Shown one piece after another: positions 1 through 14,710 of a DNA stretch of 64,000 bases (positions are counted from its first letter, which is position 1; each line of letters starts with the position of its first letter). The notes beneath the pieces were generated by a model. The model saw only the letters and a program-made list of their open reading frames with translations. It was not told where the DNA came from and searched no databases. The stretch comes from the human T2T-CHM13v2.0 reference genome, Homo sapiens. The DNA is taken from assembly GCF_009914755.1 (NCBI RefSeq), contig NC_060933.1; one strand, given 5' to 3'. Made by a program: the position numbers and the translations under genes.

Positions 1-2249
1 TGTACCCTATCAAAAATCTTGACAACATTCTGACTTTGGAAATTAGAAAAATGCATCCATACCCCACAGAGCAAGCATCACCTGTTCTACTGCAGGAAAA
101 GACACCATAAAATATAAAACAAAATATCTGCAACCAACATGAAACACATTGCTGGTGTGTAGAGGTCTGCCCATATACTGTAACTTTAGCTGTAAATATC
201 TATGACAGAAGAATTTTCACTTTTAGCATGTGTATATCAATTTTCTCTAAAGGTGGTTTCAATTTAATCAGCACAAAATCAAAAATGAGAGCCAGCTTTC
301 ACATGTCAGCATGGGTGAGCAAGAAAAATAGATGTAAAAAGATTTTGAAAATTGTTAAAGATGTTCATAGAGTCCATTTCAATCTCACGATCTCACAGGA
401 TCCCTGTGGTGAGTGGAAATGGCAACAGACAGGAGCAATCACCTATTTAATGATTTACTAGAAAAATATATGGTCATCTTCAGTGGTCTCAGTAGTTACA
501 ATAAATGGGCAATGTTCAATTATTTTTGTATTAATGTCATCAGACCATAGACACAATTTCCTATAGTATTTTCTTAATGTTTACTTACAAACCCATCAAA
601 TAAATATTATAATGCCCAACGTCTTCTCACCAACAAATTTAAAAAATGCCAAAATATCTCTGATACCGGGCAGACACGTAGATAAGTGGAAACTTAATTA
701 TTGGAAAGAGTCTGAAGGTTTAATCTATGATTATAAAATTAAAATAAAAAATATTGTTCTATATGATTATGTCATTATACCCAATAATGTCTTAGGCTAT
801 GGATTTAAAATGAATATGGTGTGATAATTGGATGAATGTTATATATACACATAAGAAATGCCACTCAAGACACACAGATGTGAATATCTTTGTGAGAATA
901 TCTTCGTTTTCATCATAATTCTTATGTTGAGTTTCATTTTATTATAAACTTCCATGTATTCTAAGTATGAGATTTTGAAAAATGGATGAAAATATATATC
1001 CTACCTACTAATATAGTTGGTTGGCTAGCACCATTCCTAATAGAAATCAGCTGCAAACAGCTTTCGGCACACCAAAGTTTTCCTTAGGTAGAAGAAAGGT
1101 TAAACTCTAAGTCATAAGGTTTACAACTTTTTAGAAAGTTGCCAGAAATTCCCAGTGATTTGGCCAATACTCTTCTGTTTAGTGAACTTAGTTTACTGAT
1201 GATAGGGTTTCTATATCAGTATGTTTAAATTCATGACCTATTTTGATAATGGTGGCATGTATGTATAATGATTTTTCTAATAAAATGGTAACCTGCTAGA
1301 TTACCTGCTAGATTTCTAATAAAATGGTAACCTGCTAGAAGGAAATTGTATTTTGTTCCAGAATGCTACATACTGCAAATGTTTCAATTTTTTTTTAAAT
1401 TTTAACAAATTAAAATTTGTTTTGGATATAAATTATCAACTCATAGTAAGACTTTTTCATGGGGAAACTTTTGGAAGAAGGCGATGATTTCTCAAAAGCT
1501 TATTTTATCTAATATGTTACATGTAAGACCTTATATGTTACATGTGTATACATATCACACATGCACCTACATATATGGTAAGACAAGGGGTAGAACATTA
1601 TAGTTTACTATGGTGATGAACCCCATGGCATTTCCCTGCCTTGTTATCTTTGCTTGTGTTTCTTCTACCTTTCTTGTGACTCCGCCTTATCTGAAAACAA
1701 GTGACAACCAACCTAAGGTTCTGGTTCCTGTAATGATTTTGGACCAAGAATGAAGCCTTCCTAAACTGGGTATTTTTAAGTCTCTCTCTCTCTAGAATGT
1801 GGTTATGGGCTAAATTCTGCTTGTCTAGGTCTCTATTATTTCCTTAGAATAATACTATGTGAAATTTGGAGTTAGCCTGCTATGTAATGCTATAATCTTT
1901 CACTATGTCCATGGATAGGCAAAGAGCTGATGGTCTGTAATAAAAAAGCATCTTAAATAAGAAAGTAAATTTCAAAGATGGTGCAATGGAATCTCAGTAA
2001 CTTTCAATGACTGCACAAGTTCATCCAGCTAGGAATTAAGGCTAGGAAGAGAAAGCTGGTATTTTTTAGGCTGATTTGTATTTTATCATCCCTGCTTAAT
2101 CTAATGTGGACCTCTAGAATTGCATTTCTAGCTTTGCCTGATAACACTTCTATATATATTAGTTTCCTCTTACAGAGTATAGGTCCCATGAAGAAAAGTG
2201 GCAGGCATGACTCTTCTTTGCATGCTACTGGTACTGTATTTATCGTGTA

Positions 2250-2430
2250 ACAACTTGGGTTTAATCCTTGACTCCCTCACTTGGGCAGTGTGTTTAGTCT
2301 TTCTAAGACTCAGTTGACCTTTCCAAGTTTCTACACCTTAGAACATTGAGGGAATTACAGAAACAATGTCAAATGCTTTGCAAGATACCTGGAAACTTCA
2401 GTGCTCAGTATACGTTAGATATTGTTATTT
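2250..2430 (+). mobile_element. MIR SINE relic
   Basis: Degenerate MIR core and 3' end (…gatacctggaaacttcagtgctcagtatacgttagatattgttatt); boundaries approximate. Confidence 0.55.
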
Positions 2431-2537
2431 TCATCCTTTTGCTCATTAGCATTTATAAAGTGCTTTGACTATAAACCTGTTCAATAGATATATGCTGAAT
2501 ATTAATATGAAACTAAATTAAATGTAAGACTATAGAT

Positions 2538-2733
2538 CAGGAATTGTCAAGCTGCAGCCCATGTTCCAAATCTGGCCTACAGCCTGTTTTTGTACCTCCA
2601 AGAAGCTACAAAGGGTTTCACATTTTTAAGGGATTATAAAAATAAAAACAAAGAAAAATACATAACATAAATATATGTGGGCTACAACACACAAAATATC
2701 TAACTTTTTAAAGAAAAAGTGTGCCAACTTCTG
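2538..2733 (+). mobile_element. MER58-type hAT-Charlie non-autonomous DNA transposon
   Basis: CAGG…CTG termini; internal ccaaatctggcctacagcctgtttttgta and agaaaaagtgtgccaacttctg match the recalled MER58 consensus. Confidence 0.75.
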
Positions 2734-3329
2734 TTATGCATATAGAGTATGACTTGTTAAAAATATAGAAATATCTTTAGATGAGAAAATCTAGAAAACT
2801 CTCCTGATAAATCTTTAGTATGATTGGGCACCTTTCTAAAATTTATAAAGTTGTGTAACTAATGGTATAGCTTTAATAAGCTGATATCCTTTCTTACAGT
2901 TCCTTCCCTCTCCAGTTAATCCTTCATATTATGGTCATACTAATCACCCTAATAGCATCATTGTTATCACATCACTCAATTTGTCAAAAATACATCCATA
3001 AATATGAACATGACTAAAGAATTGAGTTTAAATTCTTTCACCAATATTTAAGGCTAAACTCTTACTCACTTTTAAAAATTTATCTCCTACTTTTCTAGGA
3101 CATTTATATGGAATACCAGTTATACTCTACTCTTAATACTACATTTATGCATATACATTGTGGTTTTAAAACATGACCACATCATACTTAACACTTTTCT
3201 CTTTAAATAATAGAATCTCATTTGCCTTTATGTAGGCCAGGTGTGTAAATTTGCTTCTAATAAATACAAATAGTGGAAATGATGTTATATTGCTTTCAAG
3301 GTGTGTTTCTATGAAGACACTCAGAAGCG

Positions 3330-3628
3330 GCCCATAGAGACAGGATCTAAGGCCTCTTACTAACAGCCAGCACCACAATACCAGCCATGTGAGTGAGCCA
3401 TCTTGGAAGCAGATTTTCCAGCCCCATTCAAGCCTTCAGGTGACTGCAGCCCTGACTGACATCTTGACTACAACCTCACAAGAAACCCTGAGCCAGAAGT
3501 GTTCAAATTAGCAGCTCCCAAATTCCTGACTCACAGAAACTGTGTAATTAATAAATATTTATTGTTGCATCAAGCCACGAATTCTTGGGATAATTTGGAA
3601 TAATTATATAGCAATAGATAATAAATAT
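3330..3628 (+). mobile_element. MLT1F-like MaLR solo LTR, 3' part
   Basis: ccagccatgtgagtgagccatcttggaagc…ttcctgactcacagaaactgtg…aataaat…agcaatagataataaata is the typical MLT1 3' end. Confidence 0.8.
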
Positions 3629-3789
3629 AATATATCAATGGATGCCATGATAGAACAACTTTTGATTCTGTTTTCTCTTTATTCAAACCCATCAGCTCTG
3701 ATAGTTCAAATAAACTTCATCTTCTTTTCTAAAGACTTTCATTAAACAAATGTGCTAATAACCAGGAAATTAACTGGACATATTTTGTG

Positions 3790-3829
<40 letters not shown>

Positions 3830-3856
3830 ATATATAATATATATAATATATATATA
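3790..3856. repeat. Compound (TA)n(CA)n microsatellite and TA-rich tract
   Basis: Seen directly. Confidence 0.95.
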
Positions 3857-4384
3857 AAACATAAATTTATGATATATTTTACATATTCCTCTCTCTGCAT
3901 CTCTATCTTAAGTCTTCAACCCAAACAATCCTCAAAGGGCAGAGGTTTCATAATATGACTCTCAGCAGTAAGCTAGGACATCTGCTGATAGTTTGCCTTT
4001 GATAATTATACTTTAATTACACTTATCAAGATGGTTTATAGACACAAACTGTTGATGTAGTGAATGTCTCCAAAATTTAGGGACATTGATACACACATAA
4101 TAAAAATTATAAGACCATTTCTTATGTATTCATAGCTTCTTACATCAAATCTATTTAAATAACTGAAAAAAAGTACTTGTACCAAGTGACATAAAAAGGA
4201 ACAGTCATTGTTAATCTAAATAATAACATTGATTCAGACAAAGATTTATCTTTAAATAAAACCATTTTTCCCAATCTTAACAAGTGTGATCAATAGATAT
4301 AAAAGTAAAGAAGTGTAACAGTTTGCTCATTGGAAATGCCAAAACCAACTAAATTTCACACACTGTTTTACTGATAATATGAAT

Positions 4385-4615
4385 GAGTGGTTAAGACTAG
4401 TGTGTTTGGAATCAGTCTGCCTACGTTTAAATCACAGCTAAACTTACCACATGAATTACCCTCCATGTTAGTTAGCTTTTCCAGGCATCAGTTCCTTATC
4501 AATAATATGGGGCTGAGTTTTATTACCTTCATTTAGGAATAAATAAGAAAATTTGAGTCAGGCACTAGTACGGAGCCTGGCACATGCTAAGAGATCAGCA
4601 AATGTTTGCCTGTTA
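4385..4615 (+). mobile_element. MIR SINE
   Basis: agtggttaaga…catcagttccttatc…gagcctggcacatgctaagagatcagcaaatgtt. Confidence 0.75.
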
Positions 4616-5719
4616 CCTTTTTAAATTTATTTACTTTTACTATTTACATTATTGTTCAGAATGAGATTAACAGTAGACTGCCATGACAAAGAATTTGAAT
4701 GATGTAAAATTCTAAGTGAACTTCTAAGGCTTTTAAACTGGTATATTTTGTATTTTTCAATAGGCCTCTAAATCACCTAATGAGAAGAAATTGTATCCCA
4801 GACCAATTTTGAAGGATACTACTACTTGGCAACCAAAATCCTTTAATCCTCTTGTAGTAAAGGAATTATAACTTGTAGTTGGCTTTCCAGTTAGGAACAG
4901 GATTTCCCAGTTCATCATGAAAGGATGCAACCATATATCTAAGTTCTTATCAATAATGTATAACTGAAATATGTTTAATTTCTCCTTCATTTGCTTAAGA
5001 GGAAATTGTTGACTCTGCACTTCTGCTCTTTGATGCCCAGAATGGTGATATTCAGAAAGTGTTGGAAACCTGTGTCTTAAACTTGGCAGATTCACCATCA
5101 TCCTATGTTCCTAAATTAACCCCTTGAATTAGACTTACTTGCTGATTTGCTATATTGTGCCTGAATTTGCAAACAGGTAATAAACAAATTGCTGTAGTCA
5201 TTTGCTATTTGATTTTTTTTACTTATTAGCTACTAATTATTAGCTACTAATAATTCTTTAATATACCCTATATTAGTTTAATAGGACTTTATATAATCAT
5301 TAGTAATTGCAGTGGCCTCTAGGTAAAAAAGCTGAAAATTATTAGATGTTTAATGATTATAATCAAGTTAAAACATTAAAAACAAACTATTAAATATCCC
5401 ATATAATCCATATTTATGAATAAACTTGGGGTAAAACCATTTCAAATATTTATGATGGCAATTAAGAATGCATATGGATGAAAAGTACTTAAATTGTTCT
5501 TAATATAACAAATATACTGTACTTCAAAATTAGCATGCATTTAGACCTGCAACTATAAAAATGAATTTCATAACTTTTTTGATGTTTTAATGCTGAGTGT
5601 CCATTTCATGATAAATTCTATTCATGTAAACTCTGCAGTGCATTAGAAACAGCCTTAGGGAAGATTTGAAGCCAAATGAGAAGAATTTGAAGACTAATTC
5701 CTCAACTTAACATAAGCTA

Positions 5720-8658
5720 TACTAATAAAGAAGAGAGAAGATCCAAATAACATAATTAGAAATGAAAAAAGGAATGCTACCACTGACCCCACAGAAATAA
5801 AAATAACAATTAGAAACTACTACGAACATCTCTATGCACACAAAATAGAAAACCTAGAAAAGATGGACAAATTCCTGGACACACTCACCCTTCTAAGACT
5901 GAATCAGAAAGAAATTGATTCCCTGAACAGACCAATAATTAGCTTCAAAACTGAATCAGTAATAAGTAGCCTGCCAACCAAAAAAAAAGCTTAGGACCAG
6001 ATGTAGTATTCATAGCCAAATTCTACCAGACCTATGTAAAGAGCTGGTAGCATTCCTACTGAAACTATTCTTTAAAAATTGAGTATGGACACTTCCCCAG
6101 CTCATTTTATGAGGGCAGAATCATCCTGATACCAAAACCTTGCAGATATACACACACGCACGCACACACACACACAAACACACACACACACACACACACA
6201 CACCCCTTGAAGCCAATATTCTTGATGAACATTGATGCGAAAACCCTCAAAAAACACTTGAAAACTGAATCCAGCAACACATCAAAAAGCTTATCCACAA
6301 CGATCAAGTAGGCTTCATCTCCAGGATGCAAGGTTGCTTCAACGTACACAAATCAATAAAAGTGTGATTCATCACATAAAGAGAAGTAAAGGCAAAAGCC
6401 ACATGATTATCTCAACAGATGCAAAAAAGGCTTTAAATAAAATTCAACATCCCTTCATGTTAAAAATTCTCAATAAACTAGGTATTGAAGGAACATACTT
6501 CAAAATAATAAAAGCCACCCATGGCAGACCCACAACCAACATCATACCAAAAAGGGAAAACCTGAAAGCTTTCCCCTTGAAAACCAGGACAAGACAAGGA
6601 TGTCCTCTCTCACCACTCCTATTCAACACAGTATTGAAAGTCATAGGAAGAGCAATCAGGCAAGAGAAAGATATAAAAAGAATCCATATAGGAAGAGAGG
6701 AAGTCAAACTATCTCTGCAGATGACATGATTCTATATCTAGAAAACCCCATAGTCTCAACCCAAAAGCTCTTTCAGCTAAGAAACAACTTCAGCTAAGTC
6801 TCAGGATATAAAATCAATGTACAAAAGTCAATAGTATTCCTGTACACCAACAACGACCAAGTTGAAAGTCAAATCCGGAATGCAGTGTCATTCACAATTG
6901 CCATGTAAATAACAAAATACTTAGAAAAACAGCTCATGAGGGATGTAAAAGATCTCTATGATAAGAACTACAAAATATTGCCCAAAGAATCAGAGATGAC
7001 CCAAACAAATGGAAACATACTCCACGCTCAGGAATAGGAAGAATCAATATCATTAAAATGGCCATACTGCCCAAAGCAATTTACAGATTCAATTCTATTC
7101 CTATGAAATTACCAATGGCATTCTTCAAAGAACTAGAAAAACTATTTAAAAATTTATATGGAACCAAAAAAAGAGCCCAAATAGCCAAGGCAATCTCGAG
7201 CAAAAAGAACAAAGCTGGAGGCATCACATTACCTGACTTGAAACTACACTACATGGCTACAGTAAACAAAACAGCAAGATATTGGTACAAAAACAGGCAC
7301 ATAGACAAATGGAACAGACTAGAAAACCCAGACATAAGGCTGTTCACCTATGACCATCTGATCCTCAACAAAGCTGACAAAAACAAGCATGGGGAAAGGA
7401 CTCCCTAGTCAACATATAATGCTGGGATGACTGGCTAGACATGCAGAAGATTGAAACTGGGTCCCTTTCTTACACCATATAGAAAGATCAACTTAAGATG
7501 AATAAAGTCTTAAATGTAAAATCCCAAACTATAAAAACCTTGGAAGACAACCTAGGCAAAAACATTCTGCACATAGAAATGGGCAAAGATTTCATGACTA
7601 AGATGCCAAAAGCAATAACGATAAAAGCAAAAATTGACAAATGGGATCTAATTAAACTTAAGAGCTTGGGCACAGCGAAAGCAACTATCAGCAGAGTAAA
7701 GAGACAACCTACAGAATGGGAAAAAATATTTGCAAACTACGCGTCTGACAAAGGTCTAACATCTAGCGTCTATAGGGAACTTAAAATAAAAATTAAAAAA
7801 CCATTAAAAAGTAGACAAATTACCTGAACACTTTTCAAAAGAAGACATACATGAGGCCAACAAGCACATGAAAAAAGCTCAATATTACTGATCATTAGAG
7901 AAATGCAAATCAAAACCACAGTGAGATACCATCTCACACCAGTCAGAATTGCTATTATTAAAAAGTCAAAACATAATAGATGCTGGCAAGATCATGCAGA
8001 AAAAGGAACACTTAGACACTGTTGGTGGATGTGTAAATTAGTTCAACTATTGTGGAAAGCAGCGTGGCAATTCCTCCAAGAGCTAAAAACAGAACTGTGA
8101 TTTGACTCAGCAATCCCATTACTGGCTATATGCCCAGAAGAATATAAATTATTCTACCATAAAGACACATGCACGTGAATGTTCATTGCAGCACTATTCA
8201 CAATAGCAAAGACATGAAATTAACCTAAACACCCATCAATGATAGATGGGATAAAGAAAATGTGGTACACATACACCATGGAATACTATGCAGCCATAAA
8301 AAGAATGAGATCATATCTTTTGTGGAAACATGGATGGAACGGAATGCCATTATCCTCAGCAAACTAATGCAGAAACAGAAAGGCAAATACCACATGTTCT
8401 CAGTTATAAGAATGATGAGAACTCATGGATACAAAGAAAGGAAAAACAGATACTGGGGTCTACTTGAGGGTGAAGGATGGGAAGAAAGAGAGGAGCAGAA
8501 ATAATAACTATTGGTTACTAGGTTTAATATCTAGTATTAATAGGTGATGAAGTAATCTGTACAACAAATTTCTGCGACATGAGTTTACCTACATAACAAA
8601 CCTGCACATATACCCTTCAACTTAAAATAAAAGTAAAAATAAATAGATAAATATAAAA
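5720..8658 (+). mobile_element. 5'-truncated L1 (L1PA13-16-like): broken ORF2, 3' UTR and A-tail
   Basis: ORF2 RT/C-terminal peptides (6334-6729 [13 protein letters not shown], 7058-7408, 7498-7827); 3' UTR gaggagcagaaataataactattgg…; possible diverged TSD aacataagcta (5709-5719) / aacatagccta (8659-8669). Confidence 0.93.
6150..6203. repeat. (CA)n microsatellite inside L1 ORF2
   Basis: Seen directly. Confidence 0.95.
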
Positions 8659-9099
8659 AACATAGCCTAAATACATCAAATAATTTGTGACTTAGCTTCT
8701 TCTTTTATAAACTAATGATTAAAAATAAATATACCTCACAATGTTGCTGTAAAGGGTAATTGAGATTATATACATAATATATAAATGAACTCTAAAGTAC
8801 TTTATATATGCACTTTATTCCTCAGAGAACAAGAATGTCTTATACACACACACACATATATATGTACAAACATACAATATTTCTGGTAAAATTTTTGGTA
8901 ATGTCCTATTTTATATGCTCAGAACAAATGGGTTGTTTTATTATTCAACAAGTTATGGACTCTTTTATATTTGCCATTAGAATGGTTATCATTTTAATAT
9001 TTCCTAAAATCAAACTAGTATTAAGAAAGTCAGGTAAGAGAAAGATTTATTAAGATAATTTTGGGCAACAGCTTTTTTGTTCCTTTGTTTGATTAATTC

Positions 9100-10100
<1,001 letters not shown>

Positions 10101-10128
10101 AGCTTATGAGAAAACAAACAGTGAAAAT

Positions 10129-10644
10129 TGTCAAATATAAGTTTCCAGAAAATACTAGAAAACAACTGTTGGTATGGCAAAGGTGAGTTTTTTTCTTACT
10201 GTTGTAAAGCAGTAAGAAATATCACATATCACGGTATCTAGTACCGTAATAGAGACTTAAGAGTATCTCTGTAGAGATTGCAATGTCAAGATATTTATAA
10301 GTTTGGGGGACTGGCTGAAGGTGGGTGTTTCCATACAGTGGGTGAATTCAGACTAGGCAAGGATGCTGTTATAATAGTGTAGAATTGATGGGCATAGCAA
10401 GGAGAGAGTTCTGAGGTGAGGGTTCTAAGAGTCCTGGAAAATAATTGTTTGATGCTATTAAACAGTTGCACAGCAAATAGATTTTGCAGGAACTCTCTGA
10501 AACAAATCTTTAGGTTCTAAACAACTTTTATCTTCCAGACAAGAGTTGCCTTGAATAGTAGAGGGTGTTGATGAAGACAGTGGAATAATAAACTTATGTT
10601 AGTGAAGACAACAAACTGTGGGGTTGCAGATGTTTTTGCTCTCA
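10129..10644 (-). mobile_element. ERV1-class solo LTR (MER110/MER90-like)
   Basis: On the minus strand: TGAGA…TTGACA termini, TATAAATA box, CTTACTG…CAGTAAG followed by a decayed polyA signal and ACTCACCTTTG; ~515 bp; family from memory. Confidence 0.55.
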
Positions 10645-11979
10645 CTCCGTTCATTTAAGAAAAAGTGGAACTAGATATGTTTCCAATTTATGGCAAGAAT
10701 TTCTCTCCTAGGAAGGGATGATATTGAAGGAACATAGTTCAACCTAGTCAATCAAGTTCTATTAAGACAAGTATTCAAAATCTTCAAAACTTATTACATT
10801 CTAATAATCGACCTGTGTACCTTCTTCCAATGAAAGGGTGAACATTGATTTTTAGAGATTTTAAGAATGCCTTGTAAACTTTGTTGGATTTTTTATTTTC
10901 TTCATTCTTGAAACCTCAAAATGATCTCTGAAGAATATCTTATCTTTGCCTGGCCCCCTAACTCTGTGCTCTTTCTTCATAACATAAATACATTTAAATT
11001 GTAAGTATAACTAAGAAGTATAGCAAGTGTAATGTGACTTTGCCAAGTTATTATGATTTGCACATTTTAGCTTAAAAGAAACTAAATATTATAGTTAATA
11101 AGCATGGTAATATTTATTTGCCTTATAATAACCATATATCAATAATAACATATATAAATAAATATAGATTCTGAAGCATTTAGTAATGCATGTTATTACT
11201 TAATATTAGAAAGTAACAAAAAATTAAAATTAAAATTGGAAACAATAGTAGCAAGGAAGACCCTTCCCCATGAGAATACATGAGAAAACTGGGACCTAAG
11301 ACAAGGAGCTCTGAATATAGCCAATATGAACTGAATCTTAATTAGAGAAGCGATCTAGTCTTCACTGTTTGCATATTCAAATCTTCCATTAACTTGCCAG
11401 CAGCACTTCAGTTTTAACATATCTTCAGGACTTCATTAAATGAATCTAGATGGTTTTTTTTTTAAGTTTTAAAACATTTACACTGTGAATATATCATTTT
11501 ACTTATTTATGGAGTTTAACAGATTAGTTAATGACATCTCCTAAAGCAGAAAAAAAGGAAGAAAAAATGGGAAAGAAACCATGAAAGACAAACGATTAAG
11601 TAATTTAGATTTTTTTAAATTAAAACTACAAGGCAAAGCGAAATATATGGCGCTTGCTATTGTTTTAAAAGGCAGTGAAAATAAAGAAGCATAATGGTAT
11701 AATTATAAACCTTTGAATTTCTTCACTGACAAAAGCATTCAATCTATTAATGCAGCAAAAGTGTGTTTATATCTAGCTCAAGACAAATATAATAGCATTA
11801 TGTTTCCCAATGGTATAATTTTAAACACTGTCTATAAATGAAAAATGTACACTTCGCCCTTGGTTAATTTTTTTAAGTATCCCTTTGCCCTTGGTTAATT
11901 AAACAGAAAGTAGGATTCCATTGTGAGAGTTCTCTCTACTAGTGGGGCCTTCCTTCTACATTTAAAATGAAGCCTTCCC

Positions 11980-11982
<3 letters not shown>

Positions 11983-12033
<51 letters not shown>
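11983..12033. repeat. (CA)~25 microsatellite
   Basis: Seen directly; long and pure, so likely polymorphic. Confidence 0.97.
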
Positions 12034-12034
<1 letters not shown>

Positions 12035-12035
<1 letters not shown>

Positions 12036-12275
12036 CATATCCTTCCTTCTGCTGTAATTTTCTCCATAGCATTTATCACCATCTGGCATACCTGTTAATT
12101 TTAAATCTTTGTTATTACTTATTTGGTTAAGGTTTCTCTTTCCCACTCCCACTTCCACCCTAGAATATTCAGCAATATAATAACAGGAACATTGTTTTGT
12201 TCCCTGCTTTATTTCCAGGGCCTAGGTCACTATCTGTCACATAATAGGTACTCATTAATAATAATTGCAGAAAAA
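12035..12275 (+). mobile_element. L2a 3' end
   Basis: tctccatagcatttatcaccatctggcata…ttgttccctgctttatttccagggcctag…cacataataggtactcattaata. Confidence 0.8.
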
Positions 12276-12684
12276 GAGGCAGAAGGAAGAAATGGTTGGA
12301 AGGAAAAAAGAAGGAAATTATTATTATAGGTGAGTTATTAACTGGACAACAGAGATAAACAGCAGAGGGACAGAATTAGATTCCTAAGCCCTCCTAGAAG
12401 TGATTTCCTGTTTCACTTTTATTTCACTACAGTATCAAGGAAAGAGGGCCTAGAGCTGGATCTCTTCTGGGAATAGTCTCTACTCTCACTTGTTTTTCCT
12501 TGGCATCTGTTTTTCCCCAACTCTCATTACACTGGGCAATTTAGGACTTAGCAGAGAAGTGGTCAAGGACAGCACTAAGCCTGGCATTAGGGCTGAAGTA
12601 CTCTTAGCCCCACCTACACAAAAATTGGTCCCACGTAGGGTCTATGTTTGTTTGAGGACAAAACTTCATAGCAATAAAAAAACC

Positions 12685-12870
12685 ACTTGTGTAAAAATCA
12701 CTAATGACTTTCATGTTGCAAAATCCCGTAAATGATTTTCAGGCCTCAAGCCCTGTGATATCCCATCAGTGGTCAAAAAAGATGGCCATGTGTCTTTTAA
12801 GCTTTCTGCTAGTTTCATTTCCGTAACACTGGACTCTAATCTTTTGTTTCTAGCACACTGGTCGCTTCTC
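12685..12870 (+). mobile_element. L2 ORF2 relic
   Basis: aaaatcactaatgactttcatgttgcaaaatcc matches L2 aaggtcaccaatgacctccatgttgctaaatcc. Confidence 0.6.
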
Positions 12871-14504
12871 TCCTAACATTAGTGATGTTTACTACATTAT
12901 CAGGGCTATAAAACAGTAGAAGGCATAGTTCCGTTCTTTTTACCTAAAACTCTATTTTATATCAAATTATGGCCATTATAAACATTAAATGAAAATAAAG
13001 TTAAAAAGACTGAGATAAAGATAAAACAGCAATATTTCTAAATGCTGTCTAATTGCAATGGCTTTATATTATCATCAGCAAATAAATCAGGTCAGAATAT
13101 ACATGATATACTTTGATTAAGATATATTATTAATAATTATGTATGAAAATCCAAGCTTTCAATAGCTTTCTTAATTTTTTTAAACACTTAGTCTGATCTC
13201 TTGGTTGTCTTCATCTTATGAAGTGCCAATGAAGAGGTCCAATTAGGATTTAGAAAAGATTCTGCTATGCCATTTTCTTGTTATTTCCTGTGAGCTCATT
13301 ATTATCATGTACAATCTGAAATTTCTTTACATTAATACTTCAAAGCAGTCTGTTCATTTAGTGAGACATATTTTAGTTAATACTAGAAAATTCAATATTT
13401 AAACATACTTCATATATTTATTATTTATTTGGTTAAGTTTTGCTTCTAGAAACCCCCACACTAGAAAGCTCAGCTCCACAATTGCTCAACTTTACTAGGC
13501 ATAGATAATCAGATTTATAATTTATTGATTGGAAAAAAATATATAAAATACTGCTCTCGATGTCTTTATACTGTTTAATTTCTATTGTATCCTAAGAATG
13601 AAAATGATGATAAAATAATGACAATAATAATAATCATCATAAAATGAGTAAAAAGAGGAGGAAGAAAAGGAAGGAAAAGGATTAGAAGCTATCATTTTTT
13701 GGATGACTTTGCTATGTGTCAAGAATTCTTCTAAACAAATTGCATGTATAATAATAATAATTTCTATCAGGAATTAACATTGAGTTTACTCTGAGAATTT
13801 ATTCCCTCTTAATTTTTGGATGAACAACAGGTAATCTCTTGTCCTTTGACATCTTTACTAGTCTTTAGGATTTCTCAGATAATATTGAAAATGGCTCAAC
13901 AATTCTCCAAATCCTTTCATTTTCATAGGACATAATTCACCTTGACTTAGAGATTAGAACTAAATTAGGGGAGACATAGAGATTGGTGGCCAAGGTTGAG
14001 AGTGCTTGAAGGGGGAAATAATCTCTTGCTGAGCAATTACTCTCCATTTTGGTTTATTTGTTTTTATTAGTCCTTTAAGGTACAAACGACGGGGGGGCTG
14101 AAGCAGATTAAAGGGCCAGGAGTAAATTACCATATTCTTCTCCAAGAAGTGGGCATACTCCTTGGTTATTTTCTTATACCGAATTCTCAACTGAACTCCT
14201 AATCCTTATCCTGAGTGGCTTCAAATGTCTACTAATAAAATGTTTTATATTTCAACAAACATTAACAGATTTGAGCTACATTTTCTTATTCATTCTAAAG
14301 TATCTATTCTTTATCACTTAAATATTGTTAGATATTTCAGTGTGCTTTTATACTGTCAGAGTTAGGTACCTTCTTTTTTTTTATTCTTTATAAGTTATTG
14401 TAATGAATGGATATTATTTCTAAGACTCCCACATTTTGCTACTGTTACAGAAATTGTCTCATGCTTTCTTCACTGAGGAGGCCAATGTGCATTTATCATT
14501 TACA

Positions 14505-14710
14505 CAGGGATTCCAATCATTTGGCTTCCCTGGGCCACATTGGAAGACAAAGAATTTCTTGGGCCATACATAAAATACACTAACACTAACAATAGCTGAT
14601 TAGCTTAAAAAAAGAAAAGCAAAAAAATCTCATAATGTCTTAAGAAAGTTTACTAATTTGTGTTGGGCTGCATTCAAAGCCATCCACGGGATGCAGGTTG
14701 GACAAGCTTG
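14505..14710 (+). mobile_element. MER30 (hAT-Charlie)
   Basis: caggga…ttggcttccctgggccacattggaaga…ggttggacaagcttg; flanks atttaca/atctaca resemble a TSD. Confidence 0.92.

Noticed and set aside
4757-5101. 114-aa minus-strand ORF in unique sequence
   Set aside because: Unrecognised peptide with no supporting exon structure
5223-5250. 14-bp tandem repeat ttattagctactaa x2; similar short duplications near 1513, 22600 and 42130
   Set aside because: Ordinary slippage products in AT-rich DNA
10180-10250. Hairpins (10-bp stem 10192-10219, 6-bp stem 10231-10247) and an AAG|GTGAGT donor
   Set aside because: Inside the ERV1-type LTR; the CTTACTG/CAGTAAG symmetry and donor-like motif appear to be LTR consensus features
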